A DNA stretch of 63,653 bases, the filler included, from Octopus bimaculoides (lineage: Eukaryota): NCBI RefSeq assembly GCF_001194135.2. It is 6 parts of 6 records of this genome, joined end to end, with 100 filler letters (N's around TTAATTAATTAA, not from the genome) between each part and the next. Parts side by side here need not be neighbours in the genome. Positions count along the whole stretch, not along the records: positions 29,372 to 50,701 come from NC_069006.1; positions 50,802 to 53,312 come from NC_068981.1; positions 53,413 to 60,142 come from NC_068986.1; positions 60,243 to 63,653 come from NC_069005.1; 2 more parts are not named here. The stretch is one strand, 5' to 3'. The number at the start of each line of letters is the position of its first letter. Within the stretch, counting starts at the first letter, position 1. Positions 50,207 to 63,232 of the stretch are shown here, piece by piece. The notes beneath the pieces were generated by a model. That model saw nothing but the letters and a program-made list of their open reading frames with translations. It did no database searches and was not told the DNA's origin. A program made the position numbers and the translations under genes.

Positions 50207-50801
50207 GAGAGTAAGATGATCTAGCGGGAGACGGAGGACCTGTCCGTACCAGCGCATGCGACGGATAGCTATGAGGTGGGAAGAAATCTAATTGTTTATT
50301 GGTTGGCGATTAAAACCATATTTTACTCATTCAGTATCACTCACTGGGTGCATGCATATATATACAGTACCGTGCAAAAGTCTTCGGCTACTTTATGTAT
50401 GTATGTATGTATGTTGTTGTTGGTACTCCGTCGCTTACGACGTCGAGGGTTCCAGTTGATCCGATCAACGGAACAGCCTGCTCGTGAAATTAACGTGCAA
50501 GTGGCTGAGCACTCCACAGACACGTGTACCCTTAACGTAGTTCTCGGGGATATTCAGCGTGACACAGTGTGACAAGGCTGACCCTTTGAATTACAGGCAC
50601 AACAGAAACAGGAAGTGAGAGTGAGAAAAAGTTGTGGTGAAAGAGTACAGCAGGGTTCGCCACCATCCCCTGCCGGAGCCTCGTGGAGCTTTAGGTGTTT
50701 TNNNNNNNNNNNNNNNNNNNNNNNNNNNNNNNNNNNNNNNNNNNNTTAATTAATTAANNNNNNNNNNNNNNNNNNNNNNNNNNNNNNNNNNNNNNNNNNN
50801 N

Positions 50802-50837
<36 letters not shown>

Positions 50838-50998
50838 TGTGTATGTTTGTGTGTATTTGCGTGGGAGTGTGTGTATGTATGAATGTGCATGTAGATATGT
50901 ATGAAGCTCTGTTCTTACTCACTCACATACGTGTGTGCGCACGTGCGTGTTTATTGTATATACACATATACAATGTATATCGATCTATTTTCTCTCTC

Positions 50999-51085
<87 letters not shown>

Positions 51086-51210
51086 ATATACATATATATG
51101 TATATAGATATAAATATATTTATATAATAATAATAACAACAACAAGAATAATAATTAATAATAATAATAATGATAATAATGATAATAATAATAATAATAA
51201 TAATTATAAT

Positions 51211-51349
51211 AGCTTTCGCTACCAATTCAGTGAAATATAACATCTATAAGACTTCTGACACCCAGAAATACAGACTTTGTGGAAAGATTGTGGAAAGATT
51301 GTGGAAAATGTGACCCACTTGGTAAATGGATGTGAGAGCCTTGCACAAC

Positions 51350-51382
<33 letters not shown>

Positions 51383-51979
51383 AAATAAAAAAATAAAAAT
51401 AAAATATAAAGGACCACGATGAAATGTGTGTGTATCTTCATTGGCTTTTATGCTGTAAATACCAATGTGAAGTAACAGAGAACTGGTATGAGCATGTACC
51501 AAGTAAAGTTATGCAGGAGGATGGGAAAGTAATGATACTCTGGAACTATGATTTTCAGACAGATCGTGTAATCGAACACCGTCGACCATATATTGTCATA
51601 CTGAATAAGAGAGACAAATACTGTCAGATCATTGATGTAGACATACCAAATGACATGAATGTTGCGAGTAAAGAGGCTGAAAAAATCACTAAGTACTCCG
51701 AATTGAAAGTCGAAATGGCCAGCCTGTATGGAATGCAAGAGGGTAACGTAAAAGTGATACCAGTGGTGATCGGAGCGTTGGGGTCAATCCTATTGAAACT
51801 TCAAGACTTCTTAAGGCAACTGGAAATCCCATGCAATATTGATGTCTTGCAAAAAGCAGCCTTATTGGGCACAGCGCACATCTTAAGGAAAGTATTATCT
51901 GTCTGAGGTCCTTGTTGTGACTTGGCAGATGACTAAAGCCACCGGTGCATTTATCTACACTTTGTTACGAAGGAATAAT
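51211..51979 (+). mobile_element. 5'-truncated Dong/R4-clade non-LTR retrotransposon (CCHC + restriction-like endonuclease)
   Basis: RLCGK..ENVTHLVNGC (CCHC), LWNYDFQTDRVIEHRRPYIV...IIDVDIP...EKITKYSELK...PVVIGALG (PD..D RLE), short 3' UTR, flanked on both sides by (AAT)n. Confidence 0.9.
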
Positions 51980-52030
51980 NNNNNNNNNNNNNNNNNNNNN
52001 NNNNNNNNNNNNNNNNNNNNNNNNNNNNNN

Positions 52031-52122
<92 letters not shown>

Positions 52123-52129
52123 CAAATAA

Positions 52130-52680
52130 AATGTTCTGATGCAGTACCTAAAATGCCCGGATGCAGTACCAGGCAGTGGCTCTCATGGCTTCTGATCTTA
52201 ACTGATTGGAAGTGTTATCATGTACATTATTTTGTCTTGGTATAAGAGATGGGCTACAGCTAATATTTTGTTCAATACCACAGATTTGCTTGTCAGTTGC
52301 TTGACCTTAACCAGTTGAGCATGTCCCTTGGTGGCTGACGATATGTGTATCTCTGATCACGAGCAGAAGTAGTGCGTGTTGAGAGGAACTCTTTGGGGTT
52401 TGGATAATTCACCTCTGGAAAGATGGGTGTTTTGTTTATCATCCTTAAACAACCCTTTTGAGCGGGATGGTCTACTCTACCTGAAAAAAATTCTAACTTG
52501 CCCCATCTGCAAGTTCATGTGTTGTTTATCTTGATATGAGATCACCATGTCGCGCACATATGGTTGTGATGCATGTGCCTGGTGTCCCCTTATCAGACGG
52601 GTAGTCATGATGGGTATAATGGGATTCGTATATTTTACCCCAGTATCACTTTGAAGCCATGCACTGCTCGCTCACTCAAT
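52130..52680 (+). mobile_element. Longer copy of the (AAT)n-flanked non-coding repeat
   Basis: Starts after (AAT)n, ends gcactgctcgctcactc(aat)n; homologous to the 48.4-48.8 kb copies. Confidence 0.7.
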
Positions 52681-53012
52681 AATAATTATAACAATAGTAA
52701 CAATAATTCTAGGATGGAGTTTATAATATATTTAATAAATCGCCATGCGCGTTTCCACAAATCTCATTATTTGGAAAATTGCGTAGCGATGTATCAGGTA
52801 TTCATAAATTCCATCCTAGAATTAGGTTTTGTTCTGAGTCTTCAAATCATCCCCACTAACTTAAACAAATAACACTTTCAAACAGTTTTTAAACACACAG
52901 CGATATTGTTTCATGATTGGAAAAATATTTATATTTAGAGTGTAATTCAATAACATATAAACAGTTAAAATAAAAAGTAACTGAAAAATATCATAACAAG
53001 CACAATCGTTGA

Positions 53013-53151
53013 CTAGTTGCCGGCCTGTGTCATCAGAGATCAGTTCGTGGTAAGTGTAACATGGCTCACATTTGAGCGTGCCGTGCTATCCGGGATCTGC
53101 GATAATTGATGAGTCGGTGAGAGGCTATGATAGTTGTATATCATTACACGA

Positions 53152-53224
<73 letters not shown>

Positions 53225-53310
53225 GCGAGTGTCGCGTTGCTCTCCGGCAACTCCAACAACCCGGGTCAACCTTGAGCGACTACATCACAACTAACGCATT
53301 CTATAGTAGA
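53013..53310 (-). mobile_element. Probable miniature Helitron with internal (ATCT)n
   Basis: On -: A|TCTACTATAG...caaCTAG|T; 3' hairpin is weak. Confidence 0.5.
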
Positions 53311-53995
53311 TTNNNNNNNNNNNNNNNNNNNNNNNNNNNNNNNNNNNNNNNNNNNNTTAATTAATTAANNNNNNNNNNNNNNNNNNNNNNNNNNNNNNNN
53401 NNNNNNNNNNNNTATATATACATATATGTATGCATATATATTTATATATATGTATGTATGTATCTATGTATCTGTGTATTCATGTATATATTACTGCAAG
53501 TACACATGTGTATACGTGACAGCAAAATTAGTATGTATGTAGAAAACATACGCACACACATACACACACACAAGCAGGCACACACTCACACATACACACA
53601 CTTATACATAAATGTCTCTGTTTCGCTTTTCATTCATGTGTGTGTCTTTGTACACATTTGTGTAATTGTCTATGTGTGAGGAAAGAGATTATAGCGGGAG
53701 AGAGCGGCCAATTGAGAGAAAGAGAGAACGAAAATGAGAGAGAGAAAGAGAGAACGAAAATGAGAGAGAGAAAGGGAGAGAGGGAGAAGGGAGGGAGAGG
53801 GAGGGAGAGAGGGGGAGAGGGGGAGACATACACTAAGTGAAGGTGGAGAAAGCAACATCGATTTATTTTGAGTTTGTACATAACGTCTATTTCTGTGTAA
53901 TAGACATTACACTGAAGACACACGGCGGCGATAGTTGCTTTGAGGTGTTCCTTCTCCAACAATAACTGATTCTTCTTATGCATTTAGTGTGTATA

Positions 53996-54036
<41 letters not shown>

Positions 54037-54619
54037 AATTTCAAAAGCATTCCTTCATCACTGGTCAAACAGATGTATGATTCATGGCATTCTGTGATCC
54101 TTCGTCCTTGCACATGGTGTACTTCTGATTATGTCATCCAATATATCTTGTGTTCATTTTTGGAGAGAGACAGGTATTGCTTAAGGGAGAGAATTTTCTG
54201 GATGGTATAATCAATCCGTCACCATGTAACTCTTGTGTATATGAAGCAGAGTCAATTTTGTTGCATATATCTGGACCCGGTCTTTGGATAAAGATAACTG
54301 CTTCCCTTCCTCTCCCCGAGGATGTAGAAAAAGAGAAGAGCAACGAGGGCTACCCTTCCATTTCACACTAAGCTCCCTCCTTTAAAAAATGGTCTTAGAC
54401 TTTTGTGGAAATTGCATTCACATCTAAGATGATTTATTAGAATATGATGCATTGTAGATTGAGCAGAACGAAACTGAGAATGTCTAACTCTAAAATATAT
54501 CTGCACAAACCTCAAATGTATCAATAAATAGCAAAACTGACAGCATGCAAGGGAACCCCTACACGAACGATCGAGAGCAGAGGTCTGAACAAGGGGGGGG
54601 GGATAAAGGGTAAAAAAAG

Positions 54620-54945
54620 TAAAGACCCCTTCCGTCATTAATGACCATGGAATTGCACCTAGAAAGTTCCCCACCGAGGCACAAGTCCGGGCAAGGTAGT
54701 TTATGAAAGACCACTAGTCATCCATACATACCAGCCTCTTCTCTCTACGCCACCAATGTTATCCGAGCGAAAAGCAAAGGTAAATACAGCTCGGTACTAG
54801 TGACGCTGCAACTGATTTCTACAGCTGAATGAACTGGAGTAACGTGAAATAAAATGTCTTGCTCAAGAACACAAGATATAGCCCAGTCTGGGAGTCGAAA
54901 TCACTCCTTCAAGGATATGAGCCCGATACTCTAACCACTGAGCCG
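54620..54945 (-). mobile_element. tRNA-headed SINE with a conserved central core (family not assigned)
   Basis: On -: ggctcagtggttagagtatcgggctc...ttgagcaagacattttatttcacgttactccagttcattcagctg. Confidence 0.7.
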
Positions 54946-57658
54946 ACAGAACCGGAAATAACAACTAAATATCGTTTAATTTACAGGCCTACCGACATAA
55001 AAAATGTTTTCTTACAATAGATAATGTAATTCTTGGTTCTCTATTTCGGAAAAAAAGAAGCAAACCAAATCAAACAAGATTGACACACCTATAATACTTT
55101 AGTTATATGTCTCCACATTCTTGGCAAATCTCAGAATTAACCCCCCCCCCAAAAAAAACAATACCAGTGAATTACAGGTATCATTTCCACACAATCTCTT
55201 TTAGTTTCATATTTACTATTTTAAGTAAGGTAGGTGAGATTAAAAGTTCTGGTCAGAAATAAAACGACAAACCTTCAGTAAATATGAGCTCACGAACCCA
55301 TGAACTCAGTGGTGTAACAGGTTAATAAGTCAGCCATTTTGAATTCTTTGATGGCAAAATTATAGGCTCGTAATTAGTGTGCAATTAAGAATGTATAGGG
55401 AATAAATGTGTAAATTAGTGACATGTAATTAAAGAATGTGTAGGGAAAACTAGGTATTGTGTCATATCTAATTATGTCATATCTAATAATTAGAAACATA
55501 GAAACATCGATAGTTAAGAACATGTATAATTTCATATGTGTAATTAGGCAATTATAATTACAGATGTCTAATGAGGGATAAGTATAATTAGAACGTGTAA
55601 TTAGGACTTCCGAAGCAATAGGTATCTGATAGACAAAAGGTTATATAATTTATTTTCTCGTCCCTCTCCCATCTAAATCTTGATTATGAGGTTAGATCCT
55701 TTGAACCGTAAAATATCATACTTTTTATCATTAGTTTAAAAACAATATTTCTTTAGATCGTACAATAAATAAAGAATTATTTACAAGAAGGGCTGTGAAT
55801 ATTTTGTGAGGGATACGAGAACAGCTGAAGCATACCTGGTCATATCTCAGGAGCAGCGTACAAGTGTCACAATCGGGTATTCAGGTATTGCATTATTCAG
55901 GTATAACATCATTAAATTCATTGTAACAGAGGAACTTCAGAACTCTTTCTTTTGCTGTTTCTTTCCTCTTTTTCTGTTTCTCTTAATAATGGTCATTATC
56001 ATAACCATAACCACAATGATTATGATTATAATTACGATAGCCGACGATGTCCACGTCATCGTAGCTATTTGGCAAAAGTAATTTATTAAATTCAATATCT
56101 GCTAAAAATGCGTTATATATGCAAATTGGTTTATTTGATTTGCTTACGCCCTAAACATTCTGTCTCCGAAGATGTTGCATATAAAGGCAAGGACTTTATG
56201 TCCTGTAGTAAAGAATAGAATTAAACAAAACACTGTTAACACACCAGTAATTTAACAATGTCTCTGCAAATTATCAGGGCCATACCCTCTGGATAATACC
56301 AACCCAGACTACAGCTATGAATATTAATATATTAGTTATTTAGTATGTAAAGTAAAGAATTTCCAATTTATTATCGAATTTCTTATTTAATGCATAAAAT
56401 TCTGTGTAGGACTCAGTATATAGCTACTTTTCATGTTAGACAGCTTGCAAGTACCTAGAGTTAGATGAAAACATGAAGAAAACAATAAAAAACGTGCTCC
56501 CTGCAGTTATTTGCAATCCAGTAAATCAGTGTGGTTCACAATGTATTTGCTGTACCAGTAATGATATCAATATTTGAGGTACTCAGTTAAGAGCTAAATG
56601 AGATCCATACCATTTTTGCTAAAACACGAAACCTATTAACCGCAACTAGACATTTTTACATCCACCGTCATACTGACCACCTCTGTCACGGAGGAAAACA
56701 AAGAAGCAGAGTCGCAATATCAGTTTAAACAGATTTTAATTGTTGCATCATATTCTCTCAAAGGTACTAAGTACCAAGAGACAAAATACATCTATGGATC
56801 GAGTCTAAACCGTGGCAGCTGGAAAGGAAATCCTAAGAAAATATGCTCTGCCTGATAACCAGTAATATACATCCACGAAAGTTGCATAACTCTACTACAG
56901 TAAAAGGTATTCTGCTTATCAGAAGAAGCTTATGAAAGGCCATGCTGTCAGAAAACATCAAAGGGATAGTAGAATAGATAACCAGGAGAGTATTGGAGTA
57001 ATAATCAGCATGTTAACCAATTTTAACGATGCTCTTTTTCAATTCAAGAATAGAAAGTAACAATGAAATACCTACTGTACGAATGGGATAATGATGCAGG
57101 TAAAATACCTATATGTGACGAACAAACTCTTGTAATTAACAATTAAGATGTCACCCACATTAAAAGCAGCTGTCTCAAAATATCACGAAGTTACTATCTA
57201 ACTATGGAAACCTGATGTCGTGACCAAAATATTTTATAATGCACTCCCTTGCAAGGGTAATCCTGAAGATAAAAGCAAGTTATAATGATGTAAAGGGCAT
57301 ATTCACAGATAACATCGAAGAATATGAAAACTTCTGTAAAGTGCACTCATAACAGACGTCACATGAAAATTTGGAACTGTGTAAATAAAGTGCATTTTAC
57401 TTGTCAAACTTGCATCAGACTACGGCCATGCTGTGGCACTACCTTGAAGAAGTTTTGGTCAACGAATCGATCTCAGTAGTTATATTTTTGCTTTTTAAGC
57501 CTATTTCTCTCTCTCTCTCTCTCTCTCTATATATANNNNNNNNNNNNNNNNNNNNNNNNNNNNNNNNNNNNNNNNNNNNNNNNNNNNNNNNNNNNNNNNN
57601 NNNNNNNNNNNNNNNNNNNNNNNNNNNNNNNNNNNNNNNNNNNNNNNNNNNNNNNNNN

Positions 57659-57689
<31 letters not shown>

Positions 57690-58366
57690 TTTTATTCTTT
57701 TACTTGTTTCAGTTATTTGACTGCGGCCATGCTGGATCATCAACTTTATGGGATTTTAATCGAAGAAATCGCACCCAGGACTGATTCTTTGTAAGCCTAC
57801 TACTTATTCTATCGACTATTTTGCCGAACCGCTAGATTACGGGGACGTGAACAAAACAACATCGATTGAACACCACCAACAAAAGCGATGGTGGTGGTGG
57901 TGGGGATGGAGAGACAAACACAGTCACAAAGACACACACATAAATATATACCTTAATATATAATTTCAATAGGGACCAAATAATTCATAAGAAAAAATAA
58001 TTAACGTGAATTATTTGCTCTGTATTGAAATCATTTTCACACTGGTGACTGTCATGATTCGGCGCAAAACGAGTCAGTTGCAAGGCAGATATCAACGTGA
58101 CGGGTTGGGGCTCTCCATCATGGTAACGCGTGCTGAGGAAGGTGAGGATATTATGCCATTCCAGAAACCGGTCCACGTGAGTCCAAATAGTTGAATGAAT
58201 GCTGAAAGATTGTCTTAGCCAATTTGCCTTCGGAAGGTTGATTTCTGTAGTCATTATCAGTGTATTTTGGCAATTTAAATAAGAGATTTGACTGTTACTT
58301 CCAGCAGGTAGAAATACTTAGAATATCCTTTGATTAATTTTAATACCTTTATACATATCTATCTAC

Positions 58367-58486
<120 letters not shown>

Positions 58487-59375
58487 ANNNNNNNNNNNNN
58501 NNNNNNNNNNNNNNNNNNNNNNNNNNNNNNNNNNNNNNNNNNNNNNNNNNNNNNNNNNNNNNNNNNNNNNNNNNNNNNNNNNNNNNNNNNNNNNNNNNNN
58601 NNNNNNNNNNNNNNNNNNNNNNNNNNNNNNNNNNNNNNNNNNNNNNNNNNNNNNNNNNNNNNNNNNNNNNNNNNNNNNNNNNNNNNNNNNNNNNNNNNNN
58701 NNNNNNNNNNNNNNNNNNNNNNNNNNNNNNNNNNNNNNNNNNNNNNNNNNNNNNNNNNNNNNNNNNNNNNNNNNNNNNNNNNNNNNNNNNNNNNNNNNNN
58801 NNNNNNNNNNNNNNNNNNNNNNNNNNNNNNNNNNNNNNNNNNNNNNNNNNNNNNNNNNNNNNNNNNNNNNNNNNNNNNNNNNNNNNNNNNNNNNNNNNNN
58901 NNNNNNNNNNNNNNNNNNNNNNNNNNNNNNNNNNNNNNNNNNNNNNNNNNNNNNNNNNNNNNNNNNNNNNNNNNNNNNNNNNNNNNNNNNNNNNNNNNNN
59001 NNNNNNNNNNNNNNNNNNNNNNNNNNNNNNNNNNNNNNNNNNNNNNNNNNNNNNNNNNNNNNNNNNNNNNNNNNNNNNNNNNNNNNNNNNNNNNNNNNNN
59101 NNNNNNNNNNNNNNNNNNNNNNNNNNNNNNNNNNNNNNNNNNNNNNNNNNNNNNNNNNNNNNNNNNNNNNNNNNNNNNNNNNNNNNNNNNNNNNNNNNNN
59201 NNNNNNNNNNNNNNNNNNNNNNNNNNNNNNNNNNNNNNNNNNNNNNNNNNNNNNNNNNNNNNNNNNNNNNNNNNNNNNNNNNNNNNNNNNNNNNNNNNNN
59301 NNNNNNNNNNNNNNNNNNNNNNNNNNNNNNNNNNNNNNNNNNNNNNNNNNNNNNNNNNNNNNNNNNNNNNNNNNN

Positions 59376-59408
<33 letters not shown>

Positions 59409-60096
59409 ACAAGCTTCTTTCAGTTTCCGTCTACCAAATCCACTCACAAGGTTTTGATCAAGCCGAGGTTATAGTAGTTGAAGACATTTGCCCAAGATGC
59501 CATACAGTGGGATTGAACCCGATCTGTAATTATTTGTACATTTGGACAAATAACTAACTACATCACAACTAATCTTAAGAAACTGCGATTCAGAAAACCA
59601 GACATTACAAATTAAGAAATTGCAATTACTGGCGATTAATGGCATTGTGAAAATATGTAAAACATTCCAGTTATTTAAATTATAATAAGTGCATTTACAC
59701 ACAGCGTATATTTACATATACACTAGTCAAAACATACTGATACACATATAATGATATCACTGCTGGTACACGTCGCATACGCGAACAGATACATAAACAG
59801 ACAAATGCATACCTGCGCACATACATACGTACATACATACATACACACATACATACATACAGACGGAGAGGTGGACAGATAGAGACAAACAGATCAATAG
59901 AGAGATTAAGGGAGTGAGCGAGCGAGAGAGAGAATGATATATTGGAGGAGTGAAAGACACACATAGAGAAGATAGAGACAGACACAACTAAATCGATTGT
60001 TGTCAAAAGGAATCATATACACTCCTCGCTGCACATTTTAAATTACACAGTACAGTTAGAGGTAGTTAGAAAGGCTAATATACATAAATACATACA

Positions 60097-60128
<32 letters not shown>

Positions 60129-60271
60129 CATACATACATACANNNNNNNNNNNNNNNNNNNNNNNNNNNNNNNNNNNNNNNNNNNNTTAATTAATTAANN
60201 NNNNNNNNNNNNNNNNNNNNNNNNNNNNNNNNNNNNNNNNNNATATATATATATATATATATATATATATA

Positions 60272-60370
60272 GCTATGGCGGTACATATTCTAAAATTGGA
60301 ACGATACAGACATTAGCATGGCCCCTGCACAAGGATGACAAGCGAATTCGTGAAGCATTCCATATTTTTT
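60272..60370 (+). pseudogene. U6: U6 snRNA pseudogene
   Basis: ...acatattctaaaattggaacgatacaga-cattagcatggcccctgcacaaggatgaca.gcgaattcgtgaagcattccatattttt aligns to U6; first ~6 nt missing, ACAGAGA box damaged, CpG-type substitutions. Confidence 0.92.
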
Positions 60371-60371
60371 A

Positions 60372-60520
60372 GGCACAGGAGTGGCTGTGTGGTAAGTAGC
60401 TTGCTTACCAACGATATGGTTCCGGGTTCATTCCCACTGCGTGGCACCTTGGGCAAGTGTCTTCTACTATAGCCTCGGGTCGACCAAACCCTTGTGAGTG
60501 AATTTGGGAGACGGAAACTG
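60372..60520 (+). mobile_element. SINE family A 5' half directly after U6
   Basis: ggcacaggagtggctgtgtggtaagtagcttgcttacc...gggttcattcccactgcgtggcacc; truncated after ggaaactg. Confidence 0.9.
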
Positions 60521-60636
60521 TAGTGGTAGTGGTGATGAAGATGATGATTATGTATTGATGTCTGCCACCGTTGGGGTGACCTACACTTCTGGCTGTGTTG
60601 TCCTGGTAACTGGTATCTTTTTGTGTTACTGAACAG

Positions 60637-60793
60637 AAGCCAAGACCAGTCAGCAGACAAAGACAGCAGCAACCACAACAGCAGCAGCAGCTACAGCAAG
60701 CAGTGGAGAGGTGGGAGTCATCTGATCTGGAGGGCCCACAATACAGCCAGGATGAAAGTGAGGATGAGATTGGAGACAACGAAGTGATGAAAG
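60637..60793 (+). CDS. Internal exon of an unidentified gene (KPRPVSRQRQQQPQQQQQLQQAVERWESSDLEGPQYSQDESEDEIGDNEVMK)
   Basis: ttttttgtgttactgaacag| acceptor, AAG|GTGAGT donor, 52 codons + 1 nt open. Confidence 0.75.
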
Positions 60794-61169
60794 GTGAGTA
60801 AAATGTGATGTAAGGTGTATTCGTTTTAACTGGTTTCAAATAAGTAAGGGTTGGATACTGGGGTCGATGCAATCAACTAGCCCCTTCCTCTGGCTTGCTG
60901 GCCTTGTGCCAAAATGTGAAACCAAAATCTTAGCTGAATGGTAAACAATGGGAAGGAACATCCATCCATCCATCCATCCAACTGAAAAACCAGCACCACT
61001 AAACTTTTACTACAACCATCACTGGTGCTGCTGCCACCACCACCACCACCACAATAGTTACTAATGATCAATTTTACTAACCAGGTTAGTAGCAATAGAA
61101 ATGGTTCTGTATTTATTTTAAGATAAACTAGTTCACTGCTGCTTATGTGATATGAACTTTTTGACTTGC

Positions 61170-61417
61170 GGACCCCTTTATATTTCAGGCTTTACCTTAG
61201 GGAACCCCTTATAAACGCTTATGAAATTTATACATAAATATTTGCTTAAAATAGCATATATTTTTACATTTATTTATTTAACAGTGTTTAACAAATAGGT
61301 TTATTGTCAATTAAAAGATTTCGATTAAAAAACATATATAAAATCAAATTGTCCATAAAAAGTATTTGCTGTCCACGGACCCCCTGTGGTCTGCGGACCA
61401 CAGTTTGAAAACCCCTG
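61170..61417. mobile_element. hAT-type MITE remnant
   Basis: Terminus gcggaccacagtttgaaaacccctg with an internal inverse gcggacccc. Confidence 0.55.
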
Positions 61418-61719
61418 AGTTAAGAGACCAACATCTCTACCAATTCCAACTAACCACAATTTCTCTTTTATTTATNNNNNNNNNNNNNNNNNNNNNNNNN
61501 NNNNNNNNNNNNNNNNNNNNNNNNNNNNNNNNNNNNNNNNNNNNNNNNNNNNNNNNNNNNNNNNNNNNTTCCAGTAAGTTTATCGTTTGCTTTCTCTACT
61601 GATGAGGAATTATAAGAGTTAGAATAAGGAACGGGTGGAAGAAGTTCTGAGGAATGTTGTTAGTACAAGGGGGGTGCTGAAAAGTTCCTGGCTTTGAGTA
61701 AAAGAAAATACAGGAGGAT

Positions 61720-62010
61720 CAGTTACTCTTTTACTCTTTTACTTGTTTGACTGCGGCCATGCTGGAGCACCGCCTTTAGTCGAGCAAATCGACCCCAGGA
61801 CTTATTCTTTGGAAGCCTAGTACTTATTCTATCGGTCTTCTTTTGCCGAACCGCTAAGTTATGGGGACGTAAACACACCAACATCGGTTGTCAAGCGATA
61901 TTAGGGGGGGCAAACACAAACACACATATATATATATACATATACATATATACGACGGGCTTCTTTCAGTTTCCGTCTACCAAATCCACTCACAAGGCTT
62001 TGGTCGGCTT
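61720..62010 (-). mobile_element. Young SINE family A (3' part)
   Basis: Near-consensus match to 33012-33260. Confidence 0.85.
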
Positions 62011-62133
62011 TGGAATTTGAACTCAGAACATAAAGTCAGCATTTTATCCAGCATGCTAATGATTCTGCCAGCTCACCACAATTAATTGCTAGCAGTAATA
62101 ATGAATCTTGTTTAATTCTTTATATTTTGGCAG

Positions 62134-62204
62134 ACCGACTCAAAAGTCTCTGTGGAACACGCAGCGCTCTGTACGACACAACCAAGATGCTCAAAGACAG
62201 GAAG
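62134..62204 (+). CDS. Next exon of the same gene ([D]RLKSLCGTRSALYDTTKMLKDRK)
   Basis: ttttggcag| acceptor, AAG|GTAATT donor; the phase-1 start completes the codon from exon 60637-60793. Confidence 0.75.
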
Positions 62205-62376
62205 GTAATTATTTTTGCAAGTTATGAAAATAGCAAGACGCTATTTAAAATTCCCAGAATAACATTTTGACCTTGAACAGTGGTACTATTGTAGAACTGT
62301 CTTGTTTTTGAAGTGAAGAACTATTTTAGTAAAATGGCATTTTCAAAGAAAAGGAAGAGTCTGGGAAATGTAAGTG

Positions 62377-62429
<53 letters not shown>

Positions 62430-63232
62430 AATGTATAGGTGTGTGTGTGTCACAGAAGTCTGGTGCAGGCTTTGGCCTGGCCAACTCTTGTGGTACCATC
62501 CCACCCATGCTAGCATGGGACACAGACAACGCCCGGTCTGGGAATTGAAACCGCGATCCTCTGACTGCGAGTCTGCTGCCCTAACCACTGGGCCATTGCG
62601 CCTCCACTCATATGGATGTTATACATGATTTCATATCCAACAGTTTTGTTTAATACATGGTGTAGTGCCTTTCATAGCACAGGAAGGTCTCAGGCAATTG
62701 CCATATCAACAAACGTCAATGTTTTTCCATTTTTTCTAACTGGGTTCAGAAAGTGTGAAGTTCATATATATAAAATTAAATTTTTAGAAAGTTGTTTATA
62801 ACTGGATTACAAATTGTAGCAGTTAGTTTAGTTGGCTTTTAAAGGCATTGTGATGTGAAGGAAGAAAAAACAGAAGCAGAGGAAGAATTATGGTGGTCTT
62901 ACCTGTCTATCTGTAAGGGGTCATTCATAACGTCCACGTGCTCTGTCTGCTGCCATACTGTCTGTCGATGTGGAAGGGGTCACTCACAACATCCATGTGC
63001 TCTGTCTGCATCTGTACACTGTCCACTGCCAACTGCCCTCTCATACCTCGCATGCTGACTGCGGCCCTTCCGGTGGGACCTGCAGCCCCCACTCCCTACA
63101 GGACTGGCACACTCTCTCACTTCTGGTCCTTCCCTCCGACACAGCCTGGCTCATAACACCACAGGCATCATAATTTGATAATTCAGAGGTAAAGAGGTCA
63201 ATTTCTGTTGATCAATTATTTCATTTTTGTGT

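Noticed and set aside
54150-54371. 73-aa + strand ORF
   Set aside because: No splice signals or family motif recognised.
56600-57370. Coding-like purine-rich stretch
   Set aside because: Frequent stops in all frames and no identifiable motif; possibly an ancient TE but not supportable.
58006-58176. Possible upstream exon of the 60.6-kb gene (ends cac|gtgagt, phase 0)
   Set aside because: Weak acceptor, lies across a linker-marked join and sits in the CpG-intact block; not supported enough.
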